Positions 48,006-56,589 of a DNA stretch of 64,000 bases are shown here, one piece after another. Source of the stretch: Nitrospiraceae bacterium (lineage in GTDB: Bacteria; Nitrospirota; Thermodesulfovibrionia; UBA6902); assembly GCA_003599025.1 (NCBI GenBank), contig QZIL01000093.1:24512-88511 (forward strand), in the 5' to 3' direction. How positions within the stretch are numbered: the first letter of the stretch is position 1; each line of letters starts with the position of its first letter. The position numbers and the translations under genes were made by a program. The notes under the pieces were generated by a model. That model ran no database searches, had not been told where the DNA came from, and worked only from the letters and a program-made list of their open reading frames with translations.

Positions 48006-49397
48006 ATGTTTAAAAAATTATCTGCCGTTACATTAGCAATTATCCTTTCAGCCTCAATGGCTTTTGCCGAGAAAGGCTCTCTTAAGATCGGCATCCTTCC
48101 CGCGCCCCCAAACATTTCAGCGAGCGTGAAATTTACCGAGCCGTCAGGCAACAACATCCTCGACGCGGAGGAGACAGGCACGCTGACCATCATTATAAGC
48201 AATTCCGGGAAGGGGGACGCCTTTGACGTCACGGCTGAGCTAAAGGCGGACAAAAAGACCAGAGGCTTTACCTATAACAATACCGTATCTTTTGGCACGA
48301 TACCTGCCGGTAAGCAGTCATCGATGGACATTGAACTAAGGGCCGGGGAAGACATCCCCACCGATAATATAGCTTTCTCGATAACCGTAAAGGAGGCAAA
48401 CGGCTTTGACGCGGACCCGCTTAAGGTGGCGTTCAGGACAAAGTCCTTTGAGCCTCCAAGTCTCATTATCGCTGACATCGGCATAGACGACCAGAACGGC
48501 AATTCATCTGTCGAGCAGATGGAGATTGTGGTTGAGGGCGTAGACGCGCCGAAGGGAGAGATAAGGGTAGCAAAAGGTCTCAGCGTGGACATTGAACAGG
48601 GCCTGCCGGTCACAAAGACACAGAACAGGGACGCCTTTGCGGTGGTCATGGGCAACTCGGAGTACAAATACGCGAAGAACGTCGACTTTGCGGTAAATGA
48701 CGCTCAGATGGTAAAACGCTATTTGACCGAAGTCCTTGGCTTCAGGGAGGGCAATATCTTCATACTTGCCAACGCGACAAAAGGGGACCTTGAGCTCTAC
48801 TTCGGGACCAAAGACAATTTCAAAGGCAAACTCTTTAACCAGGTAAAGCCGGGCAGGTCGGACATTTTTATCTATTATTCAGGGCATGGCGCCCCGGGCC
48901 TGAAAGACAGGAAAGGCTACATCGTCCCTGTCGAGGCAGACCCGCAATATATCGAACTGAGCGGCTACCCGCTGGATGTCTTCTACAGCAACCTCTCGAA
49001 GCTTCCTGCAAAGTCCGTGACGGTAGTGACGGACGCGTGCTTTTCAGGCGCAGACATTTATGACAGCATCTCACCGATAGTCCTTGAGATAGACAACCCG
49101 GTCATAAACCTGAATAACGGAATCGTGCTTTCAAGTTCGACAGGAACTCAGGTCTCGACATGGTACAATGAGAAGAAGCACGGGATGTTCACGTACTTCT
49201 TTTTGAAAGCAATACACGACAGGAACGCGGATTATGATGGGAACAGGGAGCTTACATTTGATGAAATTTACCGGTATATTTCGGACAGGTCCGACGGCGT
49301 TCCCTATTACGCAAGAAGCATACATAATGTGGAGCAGACGCCTGTCATTCAGGGAAAGTATCAGGGCAGGGTGTTGGTGACGTATGAGGAGAAATGA
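48006..49397 (+). CDS. secreted caspase family protein (peptidase C14) with N-terminal CARDB-like domains
   Basis: 463 aa; signal peptide; His (IYYSGHG) and Cys (VTDACFSG) catalytic dyad. Confidence 0.8.
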   Translation: MFKKLSAVTLAIILSASMAFAEKGSLKIGILPAPPNISASVKFTEPSGNNILDAEETGTLTIIISNSGKGDAFDVTAELKADKKTRGFTYNNTVSFGTIPAGKQSSMDIELRAGEDIPTDNIAFSITVKEANGFDADPLKVAFRTKSFEPPSLIIADIGIDDQNGNSSVEQMEIVVEGVDAPKGEIRVAKGLSVDIEQGLPVTKTQNRDAFAVVMGNSEYKYAKNVDFAVNDAQMVKRYLTEVLGFREGNIFILANATKGDLELYFGTKDNFKGKLFNQVKPGRSDIFIYYSGHGAPGLKDRKGYIVPVEADPQYIELSGYPLDVFYSNLSKLPAKSVTVVTDACFSGADIYDSISPIVLEIDNPVINLNNGIVLSSSTGTQVSTWYNEKKHGMFTYFFLKAIHDRNADYDGNRELTFDEIYRYISDRSDGVPYYARSIHNVEQTPVIQGKYQGRVLVTYEEK

Positions 49398-49496
49398 AAA
49401 TAAACACACCCCTCTATCCCTTCTTTTTAGAGGGGATGAATTGGAATGGCCCAAAAAATGAAAACAGTGTCCGTCAAAATATTTAAACACATAAAT

Positions 49497-49528
49497 ACCT
49501 GGATTCCGGATCAAGTCCGGAATGACGC
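49497..49528. repeat. family-A element, partial (3' module)
   Basis: ggattccggatcaagtccggaatgacgcc. Confidence 0.5.
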
Positions 49529-49592
49529 CATTAAACTGAAGCATTGATTGTTTATTATTAGAATAATGAATTAACGATATTATGGAGGGCAT

Positions 49593-50930
49593 ATGAAAAA
49601 AATATTTCTGGTATCGGCCATATTATTCATTTTTACCTCGTCAGCCTTTGCCGAGTTCCCTGCTGTAAAGGTATACGAGAAGACGGCAAAGAATGTTGTG
49701 CTGATAATCGCCAAAAGCGAAGACACCAGCAGTATGATAGGCGCGGGATCCATTATTTCAGGCACTGGACTGGTCTCTACAAACGCACATGTAGTTGTTG
49801 ACAAGTCTACCTCAAAACCATATTCAAAGATCAGGGTATATCTTAAACCTGATAAGGTGACCGGGAAGTTCAGGAAGGACCTTGTCCATAGCCATAAGGC
49901 TGAAATAGTAGCATATGACATCGACCTGGACCTGGCCATTCTGAAAGCTGAAGAAATCCCGTCCGGGACAGGGACCATAGAACTTGCAAACCCGGATGAG
50001 ATAAAAGTCGGCGAAGAGGCAGTGGCTATCGGCCACCCTGAGCAGGGAGGCCTCTGGACCCTCACATACGGAAGAATAAGCGGAGAAATAGAAGACCAGA
50101 ACAGCATAAAGGGTAAAGACGTATTTCAGACAGACGCGAGCGTCAACCGCGGCAATTCCGGCGGCCCTCTCCTCGATAAAAGAGGGTACATGATAGGCAT
50201 AAACTCAAACATGGCGCGTCTGGGGGCAGGTGATATTCCGATAACAGGTGTTAATTTTGCTGTCAAGGCCTCGGTGCTGAAAAGCTGGCTTCAGAAGCAG
50301 GGGATTACACTTGCTTATGGAAAAGCGGACCTGTACAAAGAAGAACGGGTGAAGCCCGCAGGAGCAGAACTTGAGATGGAGAAAAAATCTGAACAACCGG
50401 AAGTACCAAGGGCAGAACCCTCTGTTGAGAAAGCAGAGCCTGTTATAGAGAAACCGGAACCGTCTGTTGAAAAGACTGAGCCGTCGGTAGAAAAAGCAGA
50501 ACCAGTCGCTGAGAAAGCGGAACCATCTGTTGAAAAGACTGAGCCGTCGGTAGAAAAAGCAGAACCAGTCGCTGAGAAAGCGGAACCATCTGTTGAAAAG
50601 ACTGAGCCATCAGTAGAAAAAGCCGAACCTGTCGTTGAGAAGGCGGAACCATCTGTTGAAAAGGCGGAAGCCCCTGTCGAGAAGGCGAAACCTGTAATAA
50701 GGCAGGCTGAACCACCTGTCAGGAAATCACATACTGTTGTTGAAAAAGCGGAACCCCGTGCTGAACAGAAAGACATGAAAGACGGGGACGGAGAGAAAAC
50801 GCCGGAGACTGAACAGACTGAAAAATACCAGCCTCATCGTAAGGCCTACAGCTATGACTCATTGTTGAAGGCAGCTGAAGAAGATCTTGAAGACATGATG
50901 GAGGAGATGAGGGGAAAGATCAGAAGGTGA
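49593..50930 (+). CDS. secreted trypsin-like serine protease with C-terminal EK/P-rich tandem-repeat linker
   Basis: signal peptide; TNAHVV (His), DLAIL (Asp), GNSGGPL (Ser) triad; C-terminal repeats (EKAEPSVEKTEPSVEKAEPVA)n. Confidence 0.7.
   Translation: MKKIFLVSAILFIFTSSAFAEFPAVKVYEKTAKNVVLIIAKSEDTSSMIGAGSIISGTGLVSTNAHVVVDKSTSKPYSKIRVYLKPDKVTGKFRKDLVHSHKAEIVAYDIDLDLAILKAEEIPSGTGTIELANPDEIKVGEEAVAIGHPEQGGLWTLTYGRISGEIEDQNSIKGKDVFQTDASVNRGNSGGPLLDKRGYMIGINSNMARLGAGDIPITGVNFAVKASVLKSWLQKQGITLAYGKADLYKEERVKPAGAELEMEKKSEQPEVPRAEPSVEKAEPVIEKPEPSVEKTEPSVEKAEPVAEKAEPSVEKTEPSVEKAEPVAEKAEPSVEKTEPSVEKAEPVVEKAEPSVEKAEAPVEKAKPVIRQAEPPVRKSHTVVEKAEPRAEQKDMKDGDGEKTPETEQTEKYQPHRKAYSYDSLLKAAEEDLEDMMEEMRGKIRR
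50448..50700 (+). repeat. in-frame 63-bp coding tandem repeat (about 3.5 units)
   Basis: the unit gagaaagcggaaccatctgttgaaaagactgagccgtcggtagaaaaagcagaaccagtcgct is repeated nearly perfectly inside the protease gene. Confidence 0.75.
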
Positions 50931-51817
50931 TGAAGATAGAGAGCATAAAAATAATCAAATGCCTGCTTTCATTTTTTATTGTTACATATGCTGTGGCGGT
51001 ATATTCTTCAAAGGCGCTTAGAGCTGAGGACACGGCCCCGCTTGTTCCGGACAATGATAACCTTAAGATAGTAGAAGCTGTTGGAGAAATTCTGCTTGGT
51101 GATGACACCACCCCTGCACAGGGCAGGGCAATGGCCCGTAATAACGCGAGGAGAAATGCTCTTGAACAGGCAGTAGGGGTAAAGGTCCACAGCTCGACAG
51201 TTTTATACAATAGCAGCCTTATAAGCGACCTTGTTGTAACAGCCACCAAGGGGCTGATAGTTGAAGAACAAATAATTGATGACGGGCCGGTCATAAAAGG
51301 AGACCAGATATATCATATTTGCAAGCTCAGGGCATATGTAAAGCCTGTCAATATAGAAAAGAGAGGGAACTTCAGGGTCCTTAAAGCTGAAGTCCTGAGG
51401 GCCGGGTCGGACAGAGGTCTTAAAAACCCTGTATTTCAGGACAATGATGAAATACAGGTGATAGTAAGTGTTAATGAAGCTTCACATATAAATATTTTCA
51501 GCGTGAGCCAGGACGGAATGGTTTCGCAGCTTTATCCGAATAAATTTTTTAAATCAGAGCAGCTGGCTGCCGACAAGACCATGATATTCCCGGATGATGC
51601 CCAGCGGGCACTTGGACTGAGACTCCGTGTAAGGACCCCGAAAAAACTGAGCTCGGCACTTGAATCGGTGCTCGTGGTAGCTTCAAAGGAAATGATCGAG
51701 TTGCATCCTGCAGACGGGATGAATGAGCTTATGCTTACGGACGTTCTGAAGAGTCTTTCTGGAATCGATCCGTCATTATGGGCTGATATGACAGTCGGGT
51801 ATGAGGTGAGGAAGTAG
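50927..51817 (+). CDS. LPP20-like plus DUF4384 domain protein
   Basis: 296 aa; signal peptide; N-terminal LPP20-like core (AVGEIL..AQGRAMARNNARRNALEQAVGVKV); C-terminal DUF4384-like (EIQVIVSVNEASHINIFSVSQDGMVSQLYPNKFF). Confidence 0.55.
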   Translation: MMKIESIKIIKCLLSFFIVTYAVAVYSSKALRAEDTAPLVPDNDNLKIVEAVGEILLGDDTTPAQGRAMARNNARRNALEQAVGVKVHSSTVLYNSSLISDLVVTATKGLIVEEQIIDDGPVIKGDQIYHICKLRAYVKPVNIEKRGNFRVLKAEVLRAGSDRGLKNPVFQDNDEIQVIVSVNEASHINIFSVSQDGMVSQLYPNKFFKSEQLAADKTMIFPDDAQRALGLRLRVRTPKKLSSALESVLVVASKEMIELHPADGMNELMLTDVLKSLSGIDPSLWADMTVGYEVRK

Positions 51818-51835
51818 CGGGTCAATTTTACCTTA

Positions 51836-52055
51836 ATGTTGCATAAAGCAGGCAAGCGGCCTTGCTGTAAAACCTTTACAATGCGATGGTAAATTGGGAT
51901 TAAACTTTGGCAGCAGGTCTTAATGCTAAGCGAAGTTCAGAATAATATACGTTATGCTTTTATGAATCTTGCTGAGGTATCGCAGGTAAAGCTTTTCCGT
52001 CAAGCCCGCTCACCTTATACGAGTAATTTAATGCAACTGGAAAGTTTATATATGA
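51836..52055 (+). repeat. conserved ~225-nt noncoding element, copy 2
   Basis: shares blocks with copy 1: taatgtt.cataaa.caggcaagcggcc, aaacctttacaatgcgat, gcaggtaaagcttttcc.tcaag.ccgct, taatgcaactg. Confidence 0.5.
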
Positions 52056-52066
52056 AGTGAGGTGAT

Positions 52067-52285
52067 ATGTCAGCAGTGAAATGTACATCTAAACTCATAA
52101 TCGGCCTTTTGATTGGTGCGATGCTCGGACTCTGGATCGGCGTCAATATCGGAAGGGAACGCCCCCTGTTCAGCAATCCCTTCAGGAAGGAAAGCGTATA
52201 TGAAAAATTCAGGAAAGCGGGCAGGGGATTAGGTGACGCTATAAAGGAAAGCGCTGATGAATTGCACGATAAATTGAAAGAATGA
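52067..52285 (+). CDS. small membrane protein, hypothetical
   Basis: 72 aa; one TM helix (LIIGLLIGAMLGLWIGVNI); downstream of the conserved noncoding element. Confidence 0.3.
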   Translation: MSAVKCTSKLIIGLLIGAMLGLWIGVNIGRERPLFSNPFRKESVYEKFRKAGRGLGDAIKESADELHDKLKE

Positions 52286-52374
52286 CGTGTACATGAATCA
52301 GGATAGACATAATTGTATTTATTAAGACGGTCATAAGTAAAGCGGCATAGCTTGACTTAAAGTACCTACTGTTG

Positions 52375-52443
52375 GCAGTCTGTTGAGCGGGAATCCGGAC
52401 AGCTAAAGAACTGGATGCCAGATTAAGAACTTCGGGCATGACG
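52375..52443. repeat. family-A element, 5'-truncated
   Basis: ...ttgaGCGGGAATCCggacagctaaagaactggat...ttcgGGCATGACg; similar to the 41412 copy. Confidence 0.55.
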
Positions 52444-52576
52444 CTAATTTATTTATCTTTACTTTTGACTTCATTAGTATATGCACTTTAAATCTTTCTG
52501 CGCTTTGATGTAAAATTAACGTCGGCTTAATTATTGGTTGAGCAATAAATATCATCTGACAGGAAACGATATATAA

Positions 52577-53497
52577 ATGATAAACGCAGGTGTTATCGGA
52601 ACAGGATCAATCGGGATGCATCATGCCAGGATTTATTCCGGCCTGGAAGGGGTGCATCTTGCCGGAATATTTGATGCAGATGCTGCACGGGCGCAGGAAA
52701 TTGCGGCGAAGTTTAACTGTAAGGTGTTCAGCAGTTATCAGGAGCTTATAGACTCTGTTGATGCTGTCAGCATTGCGGTCCCCACTACTTTGCATTATGA
52801 AATAGCTATGGCCTGTCTGAAAAATAACAGGCACATTCTGGTTGAAAAACCGGTCACCACTACACTGGATGAGGCTGACAGACTAATTGAGGAGGCAGAC
52901 AGCAGAAATCTGACATTCCAGGTCGGTCATCTGGAACGGTTCAATGCCGGGGTCTCCATGATAAGCGCCATGGTGAACAAGCCGAAATTCATCGAATCCC
53001 AGCGTCTTTCACCATTTCTGGGCAGGGGGACGGATGTTGATGTTACCCTTGACTTAATGATACATGACATAGATATAATACTGAGCCTGGTTGATTCGGA
53101 GATTGCCGATATCCGTGCAACAGGGGCAAGGGTGCTTACAGGAAATATAGACATTGCACATGCATGGATAGAGTTTGAAAACGGCTGCATTGCTGAAGCA
53201 GTGTCAAGCCGGATAGCAGAGGACAAAAAAAGAGAGCTCAAGGTCTTCCAGCATAATGCTTACCTGAATCTGGACTACCAGAAGCAGGAAGTGTCGAGTT
53301 ATATAAAACAAAACGGAAACGTGGAAAAGGAGACAAGGAACCCCGAGGTAAAAGAACCGTTAAAAGAGCAGCTGGTCTCTTTTATCGAATGTATCAGGAA
53401 CTCTACTGAGCCGCTGGTCTCAGGCAGGGAAGGGAAAGAGGCTCTGAAAGTGGTACTGAAAATATCAGGGCTGGTCAACCGGGGGTTTGCAAGCTAA
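52577..53497 (+). CDS. Gfo/Idh/MocA family sugar-nucleotide dehydrogenase
   Basis: 306 aa; MINAGVIGTGSIGMHHA Rossmann fold; paired with a DegT aminotransferase. Confidence 0.8.
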   Translation: MINAGVIGTGSIGMHHARIYSGLEGVHLAGIFDADAARAQEIAAKFNCKVFSSYQELIDSVDAVSIAVPTTLHYEIAMACLKNNRHILVEKPVTTTLDEADRLIEEADSRNLTFQVGHLERFNAGVSMISAMVNKPKFIESQRLSPFLGRGTDVDVTLDLMIHDIDIILSLVDSEIADIRATGARVLTGNIDIAHAWIEFENGCIAEAVSSRIAEDKKRELKVFQHNAYLNLDYQKQEVSSYIKQNGNVEKETRNPEVKEPLKEQLVSFIECIRNSTEPLVSGREGKEALKVVLKISGLVNRGFAS

Positions 53498-54632
53498 GAA
53501 AAAAGATATGCCAAAAATAACAGAAAACATAAAGACAATACCCATGCTTGATCTCAAGGCACAACATGAACCTCTCAATGAGGAAATTAAGACCGCTGTA
53601 AGAGAGATACTCGACAGCAGCCGCTTTATACTGGGTCCTAATGTGTCTTCATTTGAACAGGAAGTTGCTGCTTATCATAATGTAGCAGGCGCAGTCGGCC
53701 TTGGATCAGGCACAGATGCCCTCTACCTTGCTCTAAGGGCTCTTGATATTAAAGAAGGCGATGAGGTTATTACAACACCGTTTACTTTTTTTGCTACTGC
53801 TGAGGCGATAACCTATGTAGGTGCGACCCCGGTTTTTGTTGATATAGACCGGCAGACCCTGAATATCGACCCTTTAAAAATAGAAGAGAAAATTACTTCA
53901 AAAACAAAGGCCATCATTGTTGTACATCTCTTTGGTCAGCCTGCAGAGATGGATGAAATTATGTCCATAGCCGGCAAACACGGGCTGAAAGTCATTGAAG
54001 ATTCTGCACAGGCCTTCGGGGCAAAGTATAAGGGCAGGCCCGTAGCAGGTATCGGTGATGCGGGATGCTTCAGCTTTTACCCGAGCAAGAATCTGGGGGC
54101 TTACGGTGACGGCGGTATGCTGATAACTAATAATCCCGAAATATCCGAAAAGGTCAAACTGTTAAGAAATCACGGTACAACGGGCCCCTATCAGCACAGC
54201 TTTATCGGGTACAACAGCAGGCTTGATGAAATACAGGCAGCTATACTGAGAATAAAATTTAAACACATAGATACTTATAACAGTAAAAGGCGTGATATTG
54301 CCGCGCTCTACACCTCGTTGATCGGTAATGCCGTTGCATGTCCGGTAGAAAAACAGGACAGGGTGCATGTTTACCACCAGTATACATTCAGGACCCCTGT
54401 AAGGGCAGCAGTGGAAAAGGCCCTGCACGACAACCATATATCAGCGGTTGTGTACTACCCCATTCCACTCCATTTGCAGGTGGCCTTTAACTATCTCGGT
54501 TACAAACCTGGTGATCTGCCGGAAGCAGAGGCAGCAGCCGGGGAAGTGCTCTCAATACCCATCTACCCGGAGCTTGAACCGGAAGACGTAAAGATGATTG
54601 CAGGGGTCATTCTTAAGGCTCTGCAAAAATAG
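53487..54632 (+). CDS. DegT/DnrJ/EryC1/StrS family aminotransferase
   Basis: 381 aa; PLP-dependent fold (VHLFGQPAEMDEI...FSFYPSKNLGAYGDGG); start ambiguous (TTG 53487 or ATG 53508). Confidence 0.85.
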   Translation: MQAKKKDMPKITENIKTIPMLDLKAQHEPLNEEIKTAVREILDSSRFILGPNVSSFEQEVAAYHNVAGAVGLGSGTDALYLALRALDIKEGDEVITTPFTFFATAEAITYVGATPVFVDIDRQTLNIDPLKIEEKITSKTKAIIVVHLFGQPAEMDEIMSIAGKHGLKVIEDSAQAFGAKYKGRPVAGIGDAGCFSFYPSKNLGAYGDGGMLITNNPEISEKVKLLRNHGTTGPYQHSFIGYNSRLDEIQAAILRIKFKHIDTYNSKRRDIAALYTSLIGNAVACPVEKQDRVHVYHQYTFRTPVRAAVEKALHDNHISAVVYYPIPLHLQVAFNYLGYKPGDLPEAEAAAGEVLSIPIYPELEPEDVKMIAGVILKALQK

Positions 54633-54726
54633 CCGGAAAAATTTCTGTGATAATCTGCGTCCATCTGTGAATGAAATATTTCTAAAACCTATCTCAAAAT
54701 CAAAAACAGAACATTATTGAATAGCT

Positions 54727-54800
54727 TGTCATTCCGGCTTGTCCGGAATCTTTCTTTGTTTTCAGTAAGATTCCCGACGCGCTTCGCTTGCGGGAATGAC
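54727..54800 (-). repeat. family-A element (inverted copy of the 19543 element)
   Basis: reverse complement of 19543..19612 matches 54727..54800 with only a few substitutions. Confidence 0.7.
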
Positions 54801-54834
54801 ATTCTAATCAGAAGAACCTATTTTGAGATAGGTT

Positions 54835-56589
54835 CTACTCCGTCACCAGAAGTACCTGACCGGCTTTCAGGTTTGTTGACCGCAGGTTATTAATCTGCTG
54901 CAGGGTTCTTGTATCAGTGTTGAATTTCCTGGCTATGAGCCAGAGAGTATCACCTCTTTTGACCAGGTATTTCCCGTTAGATGGAACGCTCGCCTTTGCG
55001 GTATAAGTATTGTCTCCTGAACTTCCGCGCAGTGGTATCTTCAGTTTCTGACCGGCCCTGATAAAATACTTTCTGTTCAGATTGTTTGCATTGGCAATTT
55101 TCTGTGGTGAGGTGTGATATTTTCTTGCGATTGCGGCCAGTGTTTCGCCGCTCCGGACGCGGTGATATACATAGGCGCTGCTCGAAAGCATAATATCATT
55201 TTTCGACGACGCCCACTCCTGCATAGTGTCTTTGCAGGCCAGGAATGCTTCATTCTTTCCGGCAGGGATTTTAAGCGAGTACCTCGTCGGCGGTGTCACC
55301 TGTAAACGAAGTTCGGGATTTAATGCCGTGAGCTCCTCCAGTGTTATACCCAGAGACTCTGCCACTGTTTTCAGGTGGACCTGTTTCTCAATACTCACTG
55401 TTTCATAAGAAACAGGCTGATCAATTTCATCGAAAGTAAAACCGTATTTCTCAGGGTCTTTCATTATATGCAGCGTGGCAAGGAACCTTGGGACGTAGCG
55501 GGCGGTTTCACGGGGAAGCTGACTGTACAGGTCCCAGAAATTATCAAGATAGTTGATCTTCTGATTGCGAATCTTTCTCAATACCGCGCCCTCGCCGCAG
55601 TTGTAAGCAGCAAGAACAGTGGTCCAGTCCCCGAACATCTGGTGAAGTTCCTTTAAATATGCTATGGCAGCTGCTGTGGCTTTTTCAGGGTCCATCCGCT
55701 CGTCTATCCATGTGTCCCTCTTCAGACCGAATTTATACCCGGTTGAGGGGATGAACTGCCAGATGCCGAGCGCGCGGGCCGGAGACAGCGCCTTTACCTT
55801 AAACCAGCTCTCAATATGAGGCATCCACGCGAGTTCTTCTGGCAGGCCGGCATCTCTGAGAGAGGCCCTTATTTTATCAATATAAAGACCTGAACGCTTG
55901 TAAGATTCTATAAAAAACTGGCGTTCATACCCCTGGAATGATTTGATCTCCATCTGAACATGCTCGTTCATTATCAGGGGTATTTCAAGATGATTGCCAT
56001 TGACTGCTTTATATCTTGAGGCATAAATCTCAAGGATACGCTTTGCAGTCATGAAACGCAGATCATCCTGCTGCTGGATCAGGTCAGGCCTGCTTTCAGT
56101 ATCAACGCTCAGGACCAGCTCATATGCACGGTCCAGTGTCTCGATAGCCTTTTCGAGATTGCCATCAGCCCAGAATTCCTGGGAGGCGTTAACAAAATCA
56201 AGGGCAGTATCAAGCATTTCCTCTTCAGTAGCAACTTCCTCAAGATTATCAACTACATCCTCAATCGCTTCTTTTGCCGGCCCTGCATCATCAACAGAGC
56301 TGGTGATCTGGATATTTGCACGGTTTTGTTCCGGGATGCTCAGAGCATCATTACTGATATTTTTTTTATTACAGCCATCAGCACCCGGGCATTTAATATC
56401 CCCGGAGTCAGCGGCTTTAATCTCTGATGCAGCGTTATTATTTCCCGCGTTATCTTCAACAACAATCGAAGGAATGATCCTGGGCAAATGAATGTCAGTA
56501 TTGCCCTGGACCCGGGGTTGACTGTAGCTGCAGCTGAACATCAGGAGAAAAACCAGCAGACCCGCAATTTTGAATTTATATGGTTTCAT
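54835..56589 (-). CDS. mltD: membrane-bound lytic murein transglycosylase D-like (SLT domain plus 2 LysM)
   Basis: 584 aa; signal peptide; SLT motifs (ESWFKVKALSPARALGIWQF, AAYNCGEG); two C-terminal LysM domains. Confidence 0.8.
   Translation of the reverse strand: MKPYKFKIAGLLVFLLMFSCSYSQPRVQGNTDIHLPRIIPSIVVEDNAGNNNAASEIKAADSGDIKCPGADGCNKKNISNDALSIPEQNRANIQITSSVDDAGPAKEAIEDVVDNLEEVATEEEMLDTALDFVNASQEFWADGNLEKAIETLDRAYELVLSVDTESRPDLIQQQDDLRFMTAKRILEIYASRYKAVNGNHLEIPLIMNEHVQMEIKSFQGYERQFFIESYKRSGLYIDKIRASLRDAGLPEELAWMPHIESWFKVKALSPARALGIWQFIPSTGYKFGLKRDTWIDERMDPEKATAAAIAYLKELHQMFGDWTTVLAAYNCGEGAVLRKIRNQKINYLDNFWDLYSQLPRETARYVPRFLATLHIMKDPEKYGFTFDEIDQPVSYETVSIEKQVHLKTVAESLGITLEELTALNPELRLQVTPPTRYSLKIPAGKNEAFLACKDTMQEWASSKNDIMLSSSAYVYHRVRSGETLAAIARKYHTSPQKIANANNLNRKYFIRAGQKLKIPLRGSSGDNTYTAKASVPSNGKYLVKRGDTLWLIARKFNTDTRTLQQINNLRSTNLKAGQVLLVTE

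Noticed and set aside
50448-50700. Possible CRISPR array, suggested by regularly spaced near-identical repeats
   Set aside because: The units are contiguous, not repeat-spacer. They are in frame, encode an EK/P-rich peptide repeat, and have no adjacent cas genes. This is a coding tandem repeat.
50315-50776. 153-aa and 90-aa minus-strand ORFs full of S/A/F/T repeats
   Set aside because: They are antisense to the 63-bp coding tandem repeat of the protease gene. The periodic repeat keeps all frames open.
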